From contig CDMY01000488.1 in NCBI GenBank assembly GCA_001179505.1, positions 1 to 64,000 of the forward strand: 64,000 nt of DNA, in the 5' to 3' direction. The position numbers were made by a program, and so were the translations under genes. The notes under the pieces were generated by a model, which ran no database searches, had not been told where the DNA came from, and saw nothing but the letters and a program-made list of their open reading frames with translations. Numbering within the stretch: the stretch's first letter is position 1; every line of letters starts with the position of its first letter. Of the stretch, positions 35,625 to 48,655 are shown one piece after another. Origin of the DNA: Vitrella brassicaformis CCMP3155 (Eukaryota > Protista > Chromerida).

Positions 35625-37211
35625 TCATTTCATCGCGATATTCATGCCAGGCACAAGTAAGTTCATGATCGTGATAAGCTTGTCGTCATCGATCGGCAGC
35701 TGATCCGCGAGGCGGAGGGCACTCCGAGCGACGACGACTCACCACACCGCCCACAGACAACGTCACGCCATACCTGCACGCATGCACAGCACACACACGG
35801 ATGGGCCTACACGCACACGGGATGACACTATCTGCCGCAGTAGCTCGCTCACCGTGTTTTCTTTGTGCTGTTGCCTAGCGTCTTGGGGGGCAGCACTTCT
35901 GTCACCCTACCCGACAGCCCGTTGTACTCGGGGCCATTGACGAGACCGAAGATCCACACCTTGCTACCGACAGACAGGGGCCCCTCAGACCTGCACACCG
36001 AATGCATATTGACAGAGAAGGTATATGAGATAGATAGATGGACGGAGGCAGGTCTTTGAGCTCGCACCCGGTGTTGGCTTGGGTCAGCCGCTGCCGACAG
36101 GCGTCGAGTAGGATGTCGCCTTGCCGAATGAGCGCACGGAATGCCTCCGCCTCTGAACATCACACACCAACCCACCCGCCACCCGCCACCCACCATCCAT
36201 CCATCCATCCATCCATCCAGCCCGCTAACCTGCGTCCCATTTCAGGGCGCTGAGAGCGGAGTCGACCGTCTCATGGGCAGCCCTCACTTTCGGCCACACC
36301 TGAGCAGCCAACGCCTTGCGATACATCTGAGCCTACAAGATACAATGGGTACACTTGTACGGATAAGTGGACGGCTCGGCTGATGTTCCCTTACCAGCCT
36401 CAGCTCGATCTTGTGGATCTCGGCGACGGTTTGGGGAGGCTCCGTGGCGATCATGGGGAGGCAGTGGTCCTTGATCGTGGCGGAGTAGTAGGATGCCTTC
36501 CACGTCGAGTCAGCCATAGTGAAGCCGCCCTGCGCGTCAGCCTGGTAGACAGCGACGTCGCGGAGCGGGCCGCCGAAGGGATCATCCACCAGCGACCCAG
36601 AAGGCTTCTGAACACGCTCCACCATCACGCACAGCTGCACACACGCAGACAGGGCAGAATACATCCACAGTGCACGTGTCAGCAACTGGTGCTTCAGGGC
36701 CGGGTTACCTGGCTGCATTTGGGGCACATGAAGCACGTCCGCAGATCGTCTCCACCGCCCTGGTCGAACACCGCAGTCATCACGCACTGCAAAAGAAAAA
36801 GAAGAACTCACCACACCCAGACAACCAAGACGAATGCATCAGTCGCCGATCCCCACGTAGGCAGGTCCTCACCTACCGCATGACAGAACCAACAGCCGCA
36901 CTCCAGCCGCGCCAAATCGGTCCTCCGGGCGAGTTGCTGCACCATACACCACACGCATATGATGTGTGGCCGCTCGGTTCGGAGGCGAGCCCAACAGCCG
37001 TACCTGGTTGCATGTGGATGAGGTAGGTCTTGGGCAGTGTGTATGTGTGTGTCAGCTTTGCAAACGACTCCATCGGATATCCATGCTCTTCCACGAACCT
37101 GCGTGCAGATTCCTGCCCGCCCGCACTGGCGCGGCCCATGGCTGATGTCAGTCGTTGTATCCCGCGCATCGTCTCAGCGTGGGAGGGATGGGAGGACACG
37201 AAATTGTTCAT
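35625..37211 (-). CDS. Hypothetical protein with Cys cluster (CxxxC...CxxCxxC) and SH3/KOW-like barrel
   Basis: YACGVWCSN...CFMCPKC, then GSKVWIFGLVNGPEYNGLSGRVTEV...R|YGVTL. The last exon appears 2 nt short relative to the paralogue, giving a stop at 35686 rather than 35625. Confidence 0.5.
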
Positions 37212-37394
37212 GCTGTTCGTGCTTTCTGGAAACTGCTGCAGATTCTTCCGGTAGCTCGCATGCAGAGGAAACGTCGCGAGGAGGGAGAGAGGAGCAGCAG
37301 GAGATCTTTCACTGTAGGTTCATCAAACATGCAGTCATGTAGACAATGAATACATCCGGTATCTTCCGTTTGTGTGCAGATCCTCTCGCGCGGG

Positions 37395-40300
37395 ATGGCA
37401 AAGGCTGTGCTCTGCTTCCTTGCTGCAGGGGAGGTGTGCTCGACGGCAGCATGGGTGACGCCGTCCGACTGCTTCGCAGGACACAGAACAAGAAAGAACA
37501 TCCTCCGGCGATCGAAGGTCAGCAGTGCCCATACGAGGCTAGAATATGATGGCTCCACTTGTTCATTCCATTCATTCACTCATGTGTTTGATTCCCTCTC
37601 AGCCCTCTGCAAGCGCCTCCATCAGCCGTCTGTCTGCCAGTGCAGGAGAGAGGGCGAAGCGGCTGCTGATCCTGGGCCTGAACAAGTACAGCCACGACGC
37701 CGCCTGCTGCATCGTCGATACGTCAGGCGCACACCTCTACGGAGGGGAGAAGGAGAGGTGGGTCATGGATGGATCAAGCGCCCGTATCAGTATGCAACAT
37801 CCACAGTGTGTGTGATGGTGGTGGTGTGTGTCATCAGGTTGAGTCGCGTCAAGCATGACGGAGGGGAGGTGGATGATCTGGTCGACCAGGCGCTCACGTC
37901 CGTCGATGCCACCCTGGATGACGTTGCAATGGTCGTCCAGAGTAACCACCACTTCCGGATCGCCCCTTTTGAAGACCGCCTACCATGGGCAGTCTCGCAG
38001 GGCCACTACCCACCGTCCTATATCGACCCGCTCAACATCTTCGCCGGGATCCCCAAACGAGAAGTATCCCACCACTTAGCACACGCATGGTCCGTCATCA
38101 CTCAGGTGCGTGATGCAGTGAAGCTGGGAGTGACAGACATCGACGCGAGCTCATGTGGTGTGTCGTCTTGTGTGTGTGTGTTGGTCAGGCGCCGTTTGAT
38201 GAGGGTCTTGTGGTCGTGATGGACGGCATGGGTGAGTCGTACAGGTACATGGCCGACTCACACAGCCAAGCGGAGTACCTCACCGATCTTGACCTGCTCG
38301 ACTCTGCCACGTCCGAGCAGCGGTCCGCCTTCATCCAAAATCCGCGTCAACTGTTAGCCGGCAAGGGCTATCGTGAGGCGGAGAGCGCCTACCTCTTCTC
38401 CCGCTCGTCAGCCGCCGGTGGGCCGACGGTCATGCCTCTGTTCAAGCGTTGGACGGAGGAGCGCAGCCCACCGGAGCTCTTCAATCACGGCTTTGAGAAC
38501 ATGGAGTCGATGGGTGCCGTCTACTCGAGGGTATCCAGCCAGATCTTCGGCGACTGGAACGTCTGTGGAAAGGTGATAGATACGATACGTGGGAGGCTTT
38601 GTCACGTATCTGTGACTGTCTGTGCTTTGTGTCGGTGTAGGTGATGGGTCTCGCGCCATGGGCAAAGGCTGGCAGCACGGGAGAGGCCACAGACATGTGG
38701 AAGGGCCTTCTGGATGACGGCTTCCGACTAATGGAAGGCAACCTGCTGCTGTCGAAGGAAGAGCAGGGCGGCTTCCGCGTCAACTGGGGTGAGCCTGGTG
38801 TTGCATCAAGACATAGCACTGGGTCATCTCCCCTCTGCTGCGCGCCCTTTGGCTGCAGATTTGCTCGAGTCGCTGCCGCACGATTGCCTCGGGACCGACC
38901 CAACCTTCATGTACTGGACGAAGGCAAGACATGCAACACGGCTGACCAAGACACCGCACCACCGTGCGCTCTGCGCTGCATCTGTGTCCCAGGTCATTCG
39001 CCCCCCTGGCCTGGCGTGTGCAGCGTGACCTCGAAAACGCCGCAATGACGCTCATTCAGGAGCTCAAGGAGCGGACGGGCGCGAGGAACCTCTGTCTTGT
39101 CGGCGGAGTAGCACTGAACAGGTGAGATGAGGCAAGTCGATACACAGACGGATATGGAGCATCGATCCCTGTGCGTCGATTTCATTGGCTGCAGCGTGCT
39201 GAACGGCCGGATATGTCGAGAGCTCGGCTTCGATCGTGTGTTCATCCCGCCATTCCCTGGCGACGAGGGCATCGCATTCGGATGTGCCATGGCGGGACTG
39301 CACCACTTCATCAGGAAGCAGCCAGCAGAGGCGGCGAGAGCAGAATTGGAGACGTCATCGGTTGCCGGCCATCCCGTGACGCCCTACAGCGGCTATGACT
39401 ACACTGCGGACCCCGAAGGCATGGATGCAGTGCTGGACGAGTACAAGCACTGGATCGTCACGCAAAGGCGAGTGCGTCAGGATGGCAGGGAGGGAGGGAG
39501 GGAGAGGAAGCGGGACTTTCATTCCGCTCATTCGTGTGCAGGTACACTGAGAGTGAGATCGTCGCCGAGACCGCTCAGCTGCTGGCAGATGGCAAAGTCG
39601 TGGCGTGGTTTCAGGTAGGTGGGTCAACACAAATAATGAATCGGCAGGCAGGCAGGCAGGCAATCTGTCTTGTCCATTCATTCAAAACAGGGCGGAGCAG
39701 AGATGGGCCCGCGTGCTCTCGGCCATCGATCCATCCTTGCAGACCCACGCAACAAGACAATGGTCGACTTCCTCAACAAGGAGGTCAAACACCGGGAGGC
39801 CTTCCGCCCGTTCGCACCATCTGTCATCGCTGAAGAAGCGGATGGGTGGTTTGAGGACCTGCCAGAGTGTGGATCTCCGTACATGTCGATTACGGCGGCT
39901 GTGAGGGAGGAGAGGCGTGGGCTGGTGCCTGCAGTGTGCCACGTTGACGGCACTGCACGGCTGCAGACGGTGCGGGAGAGCGATGAGCCGCTCTTCTATC
40001 GGCTGCTGCAGCAATTCTTCAAGTGAGCTACCGGGAAAAGAGTGACGAAAGGTCATCGACGTCCACTAGACCGTGTGTATGTGAATGTGTGTGTGTCAGG
40101 TTGACGGGCATCCCTATGGTTGTGAACACTTCATTCAACATCAAGGGCGAGCCCATCGTGGAGGTGAGTGAAAAGATGCATAGAATGATGGGGCGCTGGA
40201 CCGATCGATGGACGGATGCCATCCATTCATCTGTCCGTCCGTCTGTCTGTCTGTCTGTCTCTCTGTTGTCCCTTCTTTCTCTTTCAGGAGCCTGGCGACG

Positions 40301-41006
40301 CTCTCCGCTCCTTTCTAGGTGCACTCCCGATAAACACACCCCCTCGGTCATTAATGCGTCGTTCCCTCTCTGTCTGTCGATGTTTCCCATCAGCCACGGA
40401 AGGTGCCATCCACACCCTGATTATGGGCGATGTCATGATCGAGCGACGTCCATTCCCCACTGAGGACGTCCTCAACCAGGTGCCCCTCCGCGACACCAGC
40501 CAGCCACTGAGGGTGCAAGAGACCTACCTCATGCACACCAAGGACGACAGTGAAAGCCGGAAATCGATGAAGTCTGTCCGGCTGGGCCGGATGGGTGGGA
40601 GGGGGGATGGCTGGGTGGACTTCGATGCGGCCGATCTGCGGCTGCTGCAGATGATCGATAATGAGATTACCATTCAGGTGCAGGCTAAGACATCGTGATA
40701 CACACAAACACAGAGACGCGCACAGCTGTTATCTTCTCTCTATGCCTTCAGGACATCTTGGATCGGTGCCTGAACGAGGCATCAGTGTTTCTGGGCAGCG
40801 AAGTAGACGAGCAAGAGCTGGAGGTGTTAGTTGCTGAGAGTGCGGGCAAGGCTGTGGGTGAGGAGGTGGCGCTGGAAGACGACAGCCTGCCCGTGACGGT
40901 TGACGTGAGTGAGTGTGTTGGTGCCGAGGTACAGTGCCGTGTGATGGAGGGACTGCAGAGGCTGTACAGTCGACAGCTGGTTTACTTTGAGGAGAGCTCT
41001 GAATGA
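37395..41006 (+). CDS. O-carbamoyltransferase, NodU/CmcH/TobZ family, with signal-peptide-like plus transit-like N-terminus
   Basis: LILGLN..SHDAACC; EKERLSRVKHD; HHLAHA; VMDGMGE; KVMGLAPW; LCLVGGVALN; PFPGDEG.AFG; EMGPRALGHRSILADP; VKHREAFRPFAPSV; SPYM; PAVCHVDGTARLQTV; NTSFNIKGEPIVE. These are the hallmark Kae1-like and YrdC-like domains of the family. About 12 introns. Confidence 0.95.
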
Positions 41007-41324
41007 ATGAATGAATGAGGGACCGATAGTCATCTCTTGCAATATTTGCATGCACGGCACGGACACGCGCATGAAAGGAATAGTCTGACTCCATCTGATG
41101 CAGCTGTGAGACGAGCATCATAGCCGTAGATCTTAGCATCGGTCGTTATGTTTTTCTCTGCCCGTAGACTCCATGAGGCTCTCCTTCACTGATTGCGCTC
41201 AAGAGGATGTCGTGGAAGCAAAAGCTATCGATTCAATCTGAGCCCCTTCGAGCTAAGGCGAAGGATCGTTCTTTCTCGTGAACTGCCCATACCCATCGTG
41301 AGCCGCCCATCACTTGATTCAGCA

Positions 41325-43215
41325 ATGGCGGCGGCCGCAGCGGCCGGCGCATCCACAAAGAAGCGAAAGGGTGCTTTCGGCCTGCCCTTGGATGACGAGC
41401 AGCCCATTCCCCACTCCTCACTCGACCGCGTCACCACTGGCTGCATCGAAGCCGACCAGCTCGTCTGCAATGCCCAGTCGGCACTCGAGGGCATGCTCAG
41501 CGGGTTTCTGGCGGCGCGGACAGCAGCAGAGGGCAAGCTCAAGACGATAGCAGTGGAGATGCACCAGATGATAAGCGAGAAGGGCGGCACACCCGAGCCA
41601 CAGCACACCACCGGCACACTCATTCTCAGCGTCGGCGGCACCGTCTTCGAGGTGTCCCGTGCAGCACTGATGCGTCCGTCGATGGTGCGCAAGTACCTGT
41701 CTGTGCTGCTGCTGCGGTTCGAGGCCGCCCTGCCCCGCGACGCCGAGAAGCGCCCCTACCTGGAGAGCTGCCCGGCATACTTCCGCTGGCTCCTTAACGA
41801 GCTGACCGACGCCCTGCAGAACGACCCATCGTATGCCGAGTACCACACACTCTTCATGCGGGAGATCGGCAGCAGCAGTGGCGACGACAGCAATGGCAAT
41901 GGCGACGTGCAGATGGGCGAGGAGGAGCGGCAGGGAAAGGGGGACATAGCGGACCTGTTCAAGGCGTTTGACGAGAGCCGTCGTGCGTGTGAGCGTGTGT
42001 ACGAGGCCCTCAAGGCGGAGAAGGAGCGGATGGCGGCCTTCCTGCGTGCGATGGAGCCGTTCATGAAGACGGACGATAGCGAGGAGGACGAGGTGCTCAG
42101 CGTCACCATCCACGGTGAGAGGGTGTCGGTGATGCGCCGCACACTGTCGCCTCTCGGCCACAACAACACACTATACAGTAGATTTTCACCGTAAGCACGA
42201 GAACAATGGGGAAAATCCGACAACGGACGTGGTCACGATGTCCTCTCCTCTGTGTGTATTGCTGCAGGACGTATTGGATCGATCGCAGTGTGCATCAGAC
42301 GTCCGCCGAGCATTTGCAGCGTATTGTGGATTTCGCGAGGCGCCAGGCCGCCATGCCTGCAGGCCAGCGGGTCGGCCCGCCCGCAGTGGAGCGACGTCGA
42401 GAGCTGTTTGTAGAGGACTTGCAGATGGTGAGTCTGTCTGGGTGAGAACGATTTCAGCCGACATCTGGCCTGTGTCGATATTGTGTGTCAGTACGGCCTC
42501 AAGGACCAGCCCTTCTACCGATGGGGCGCGGGTGGCGGCCTCATCATCACATCGGAGGACCAGCTGGCGTCGGTGGTGGAGTTCACGGGGCGGACGGGCA
42601 AGACGCCATCTCTCCTCTACAAGTGAGCAGACACAGGAAGAGACGGGAGGGCGGCTGAGGCGTTGGAGAATGTGCATGTGGATGTCTTGCTTCCAATAGG
42701 TCCAGCCGCGACGGTTTTGGCCACGGCAGTCTCCTCGACTGTGTCGGCGACGCGAGCGGTGTGCTGTTCCTCGTGCAGCACAACGACACACACCGATTCG
42801 GAGCATTCGTGCCCGGCCCCCTCGAACAGCCCGCCGACCCCACACAGCACAAATTCACCCGCTGCCCCATGACCTACTACAGCATCAGCGGGGCATATGA
42901 CGCACCCACGAAGCTGACATGCCGGCCGAGCACACACAGGGCGTGAGGGTCGCTGGGCGGGAGGGGGCGGTGACGGGGCCGGATGGGGAGCCAGTCACCA
43001 AGTTGGCCATCAGTGTAGACCATGCAGCCGTGCTGTCGCTGGGGTATGGGGACCCCGGCCCGGCAGCGGACCTCAGTAGCTGTTTCATGTACGTCAGCAA
43101 GGACCACTTGCAACTGGGCTACCAAGGGCCGGCGGTTGCGGGCGGCAAGGGCACTTTGGCGGGCGACTTCTTCTTCACCGCGAGCGAGATGGAGGTGTGG
43201 GGACTCGCGCAATGA
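41325..43215 (+). CDS. BTB/POZ + TLDc domain protein; apparent frameshift at about 42918 inside TLDc
   Basis: LSVGGTVFEVSRAALM..KYLSVLL..LPRDAEKRPYLE..PAYFRWLL (BTB). RSSRDGFG...VGDASGVLFLVQHNDTHRFGAF...FTASEMEVWG (TLDc). The frame changes between GAYDAPTKL and MPAEHTQGVRVAGR. Confidence 0.75.
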
Positions 43216-44879
43216 GACACGTTGTGTGTGTTAGGTCTGGTGTGTGGATCGGTCTGATGGATGATGGCTTGTACCTCACGATCGCCACTCCTCGTGGATG
43301 ATCCGATCCATGTATTGCATGTTTGACTGGTGGTGGTGGTTGACCGACCTCTTGCATGCCATGTGAGTGAATTCGTCGCCCTGAGCCGCAATCACTCTTA
43401 CTCACAGATAGGTAGAGAGGTCCATCCATCCATCCATCGGTCATCAATCGAAGCACGCTCTCGTCACAGCAGATGTCACCTACGGCTGCGCCAACCCAGG
43501 AGAGCGAGACGCTCCTCCAAGAGCACGTCGCTCCCTGACTCGTCGCAGCGCAAGGCGAACATCTGCCGTGTCGACACAGATGCATTGCGTGGACGTAGAT
43601 TGGCTGGTTCCGATACACGGCGCCTCACATAATGAAGCACCCACCGTCGTCACAACCACACACACACCACACCCCGCCACCGCATGGTGTGCCTGCCACT
43701 TAGCTAGTAGGATAGTGGGGGTAGAGAACCATTCACTCAGAGGTCGGCTCGGCAATGTATAAAAAGACACACACACCACCGGTCCACACACCACCACGTT
43801 GAGAAAGTCATGCCTGTCATGTGATATGACGTGTTGGATGTGTGTGTGTGTGTGTGTGTAGATAAAGCATCTTTGTTGGCAGCCGCATTGACACACACAT
43901 ATGATAGTGATATGAAGGCACGCGAGAGTTAGTCCACAGAAAACTCGCTCGAATGGACAGACAGACAGGCAGACATCGGCAGATGGGCAGACGGGCAGAA
44001 AGGTAGGCAGGAGGATGCAGACGATCCGCGCTGCTGAGCCAGGTGGACTGGCTCAGGATGATGAGACAGACACCCAACACTGGCTCACGGCACGCGCACA
44101 CACCACACCACACCACACCACACCAAACCGCACACAGACACCCCGGCTGTTTGTTGAATGGGAAAAATACAGACACATAGACTACCTGCATCTGAATGAT
44201 TCCTTTCCTCCGTCGTTGAAGCAAGGGAGGCACAGCACACCCGTCCGATGATTGTGTGCGTGCGTGCGGATGCAGCGGACAGGCAGGAGTGAGTGGGTGC
44301 TTCACGCTGCCCGTGTGCACACAGACAGACGAGTACACACACACACATATGCCGTGCCCCCAACTGGCAAAGCAGTCGGTCGCCCTTAGGCATTTTGAGA
44401 CAGAGCTGAGAAGAAGATGAGAAGACGAGAAGACGAGATGACATGAGGAGGAGAGTAGTGAGTGCCGGCAGCCGGCAGCTGGAGTAGGGCCTTTCTACCT
44501 ACTCGACTCGAGCACGCATCATCATCATCATCATCAATGCCGCATTGGATACAAACAAGTAGATAGTGTACACACAGCACACACACCACGATCGTCGATC
44601 AAGCGATGTTAAAATATGGAGATTTCGACCAACAACAACAGCAACACGCACACAAAGAATATAGAAAGGAGATCGGCCAACCGACGCATCCTCTCTCACT
44701 CTCACTCACTCACTCACTGCCAGCAGCGATTCTCGCCTCATCCATCCATCTCGCCCGACCTTGCCCAGCCCACCCACAAGAAACAACTCACGCAACCCAC
44801 AAAATCTGCAGCCCTCCGTCCCCTGAACCTGCCTGCCTCCCTGCCGTCCTCTCTCGAGCGAATTCTCACGCAAAGCAGC

Positions 44880-47800
44880 TCATTCATAGCGCCGCAGCGA
44901 CAGCCCCAGGCTCCTCGGCTCCTTGATGTCCTCTGACCACACGTCCTGGTCAGGGTACTCTCCACCAGAACCTCCACCAGCACCTGCCGACGGCCCCCCG
45001 CCGTACCCCCCACCCATCGGTGGGGGCGGTGGCGCAGCTGGCCTCCTCACTGCCCCACCAGCACCACCAGCACCAGCAGCAGGAGGTTGACCCATATGAG
45101 TGGCGGCGCCCCACGCCGCTTGTGGTGGCTGCAGGATGGTGGGGCCGGGGTACGCGCCGTGGGAGCCGCCGGGGTGCATGGCCGCAGCGTGATGCGCATG
45201 GGGATGGGGCGGCACGGTCATCGAACGGGGAGGATGGGCCATCGGGCCGCCAACAGCCCCTGGGTGGGGGTGGCCAAAGGGGGCCTGCGGATGATGCACT
45301 GCTCCGTGTGGAAAGCCGTTCGGTGGGGGGAAGGGGGCGACGGGAGGCTGCGGGGCCGAGTGCGCCATGATCGGCGCACCATACCCCCGCCCAATCGAAT
45401 GTCCGTAAGGGCTGTCGGACGGCGGCGCTGGGGCCATCGCTGGCATCGACCCACCCGGCGGCCCAGATGACGGCATGCGATCGTAGACGTCGAGTGCCGG
45501 TGCCCACGGCTCCGTCGGGCCCCCAAAGGGGTCTTCGGGAGGCGTGGGCGACTGGAAGGGAGGGCCAGGCCGCGCGTCGGGTGGGGGTGGGGGCTGGCCG
45601 GCATAGCCGCCGGGACCAGTCGATGTGCGTCGCCGCTGCGCTGGGGGCAAATCGGGGGACCCCACAGCGCTCGCCATGCTGCGCTTGCGGCTCACGCCGC
45701 CTTGGGAACCAAAATCGGCTGCTGCTGCCGCTGCCACTGCCACCGCTGCTGCTGCTGCTGCTGCTGTTGCTGGGGGCTGATGCGCCACCACCAGCGGCCT
45801 CCCAAGCACTTGTGGGTGGTACGGCCCGGATGCCTGGGCGTACCCCATCTGCTGTCCAGGGTTAGCCAATGGTGGTGGTGGTGGCGGGGGCGGTGCCATG
45901 GCTGGCTGGACGGCGAGAATGGGCGGGTGGTGCAGGTGCATCATGTGGGCGGCGTAGGGCGGCTGTGGCATGGCGGGCTGGTGGGGGTGGGGATGGGGGA
46001 AGGGCGGCTGCTGCAGCTGGGGAGCCACCATGGGCTGCTGCGGCTGCTGCTGGGCGGCAGCAGCAACCGCAGCAGCAGCACGCCGCTGTATGCGAGTGGA
46101 CGGCTGGGAGAACGTCAGCCTGGCGAGAAAGGTGCAAGGGAGAAAGGAGTGAACACCCGAGGGACGGTGTGTCTGGTCTAGCCTGGATGGCTTACACTTT
46201 CGGTGGAGGGTCGTATTTGAAGAACTCGTGATTCAGCGCCTTAGCAGCCGTGATGCGCCGCTCTGCACGAGATACCAAGAGAGACACAAGAGGTGGTTCA
46301 TCGGCCATCCATCCATCCAAGTGAGCTCTGCTCCCCCGGGTTGCTTACTTGGATTCAGAACCAGCATTTTGGACAAGAGGTCGAGCGCCACGCTATCGCA
46401 CTCACGAAATGTCTCCCAAAACCGATTCTGCCACTCACTGCAGGGAGGGAGGGAGGGGAGGGAAGACACACACGTGGTGTGAGGGTAAGTGTGTGTGTGT
46501 GAGGTCTAGTTACTAACTAACGTACCCCATGCGGGCTGCGTCTGTGAAGAATCCTCTGAACTGTGAGTATGGCTGTGTGTCGACCAGCCGGCGGTCGGGG
46601 GGGCCCAGCAGCTTGTGGATGAGCTCAAGCACCTTCATGTCCGTGTCTGGGGGCAACAGGGCAACACACACGACCAGACATATCATTGCACACACACGTC
46701 TTCTTATGAGTGCCAGTTGGTGTGGTTGTGGCTGTGGCTGTGGTTGTGGGTGTGTGTATGTGTGTCATTGGCAGACTGACCTCCCGGAAACATGGGTCTG
46801 TTGAGCAGTAGTTCGCCGAAGATGCACGCGGCCGACCAGATGTCCACCTCAGGGCCGTAGTTTCGCTGACCCATCAGCAGCTCTGATTCACACACACACA
46901 CACACACACACATAATGGACCACACACCGCAGGCACCACGTATGTGTGTGTGTATCGCTCAATCAATTGTGGTGATGTTTCGTCTCCCATCCCACCTGGC
47001 GGCCTGAACCAAACGGTAATGACCTTGTTGGTCAACTGCGCACACACAGACAGACAGACAGACAGACAGACAAGCAGGGAAAGACATTCATTAGCCATCT
47101 TTGTGTGTGTCTTGGGTGGTGTGGTGTGTGTTGTTCCCCTCCCCGCCCACCGCACCGGTTTCCTTCGGGTAGGGTCAATGGCGCGGGCGAGTCCGAAGTC
47201 GGCTATCTTCAGCTGCCCCTGAGTGTTGACCAACAAATTACTCACTAACAGACACAACACACACACACATGCAGAGAGAGAGGGGGGGAGGTGGTCAGAC
47301 GTGACGACGCGACGCATCTGTTATCTTGTGGTTGGTTTGCGTCAGTTACTAACGTTTGAGGTCTCTGTGGAGGATGGAGTTCTGGTGCAGGTAGAGGAGG
47401 CCCGTGAGGAGCTGATGCATGATGCTCTTCACCTCACCCAAATCAAGCTGATGATTGATGGATGTGCATGCCATGCCAGTCAGTCGACACAGAGAGGTCG
47501 GCCTGGATGTGATGCAGCTGTGCGTGTGTGTTGTGTTTTGGCTGACCGAAGGGCTCCTGGTTTTCGACCTCATGCGACAGAAGTTAGACAAATCACTGCA
47601 GCCAGGTATGAGCAGAGAGCCCTCAATCAATCAGTACTGACGGCGTCTGTGTATATCCATCGTTGGTGTGTGTGTGGTGTGGTGTGGTGTGCTGGGACGT
47701 ATATGTGCTTACGAGTCGACGAATTCGAAGACGAGGTATGTGGTGGCCTTCTGCTCCATCTCGCGCTCAGTCACGATGTTCAGCAGACGCACAACTGAAG

Positions 47801-48655
47801 CCATGAAGCCAGCCACGAGAGAGAAGGAAAGAAGAGGATACCCATATATCCCATCAACACAACACACAAAGAGGAGAGGTGGTCAGTCACTGTACTGTGT
47901 ATGCCCCTCTTTGTTTGTTGGTGTGTGGTCTATGTATGTTAATTACTGTTCGGATGGGCGAGGTTCCTCAGGATCTTCACCTCACGAGTGGCTGCATGGG
48001 ATGCATCAACACACGGACGATGGCTCGCGTTGCACATGCCTGTGGTTGTTTGTGTCTGCCTCACCGACGGTGGGGAAGCCAGCCTCGAAGCCGTGGTCGC
48101 CGCTCGAGAGGCGCTTGAGCATCTTGAGGGCCACCTTCTCGCCTGTCTGACGGTGACGCGCCAAATACACCACACTGACATACACATAGACATAGACACC
48201 GATACAGACGTGAGCAGGCACATCCATCCAGTAAATCCAGTGAAGGTGCGTGTCTGTCGTGTGGTGTGCCGAACTCTCTACCTACTTACCCGTACTGGCC
48301 CTCGCCGATCTTCCTGTCCTTCTTGTACGCATCAACGTCTGAACCAACCAACGGCACAACACCAACACAACAACACACACACGCACAGCACAGTGACCCG
48401 CTCTTCTCCTGCACCGGGTAGGGTGCGGTCGGTCTCTCTCGGCTCACAGTTGGGCGAAGGGCTGTAGTCGCTCATGGGTGAGAGGGGGAACCCGAAAGGC
48501 ATCGGCGGAGCAAACACACCCGCAGCCCGCCTGCTCGTCATGTCCTCCGCTACAGACTGGTCCTGCTGGTGGCGATCGGACACCGCCCAACCGCCGGTGG
48601 TTGTGTGATGGTGGTCGACAGAAGCCGGTAGGGAGGGGGGAGGGTGCGCAAACAT
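44880..48655 (-). CDS. Cyclin-dependent kinase, CDK9/CDK12/CDKC-like (RNA pol II CTD kinase type), with long Pro/Gly-rich tail
   Basis: [29 protein letters not shown]|[43 protein letters not shown]|[32 protein letters not shown]. The start and the extreme 3' end are approximate. Confidence 0.92.

Noticed and set aside
44880-46031. 383-aa Pro-rich ORF as a stand-alone gene
   Set aside because: It lies directly downstream of the last CDK kinase exons on the same strand and is better explained as the CDK tail.
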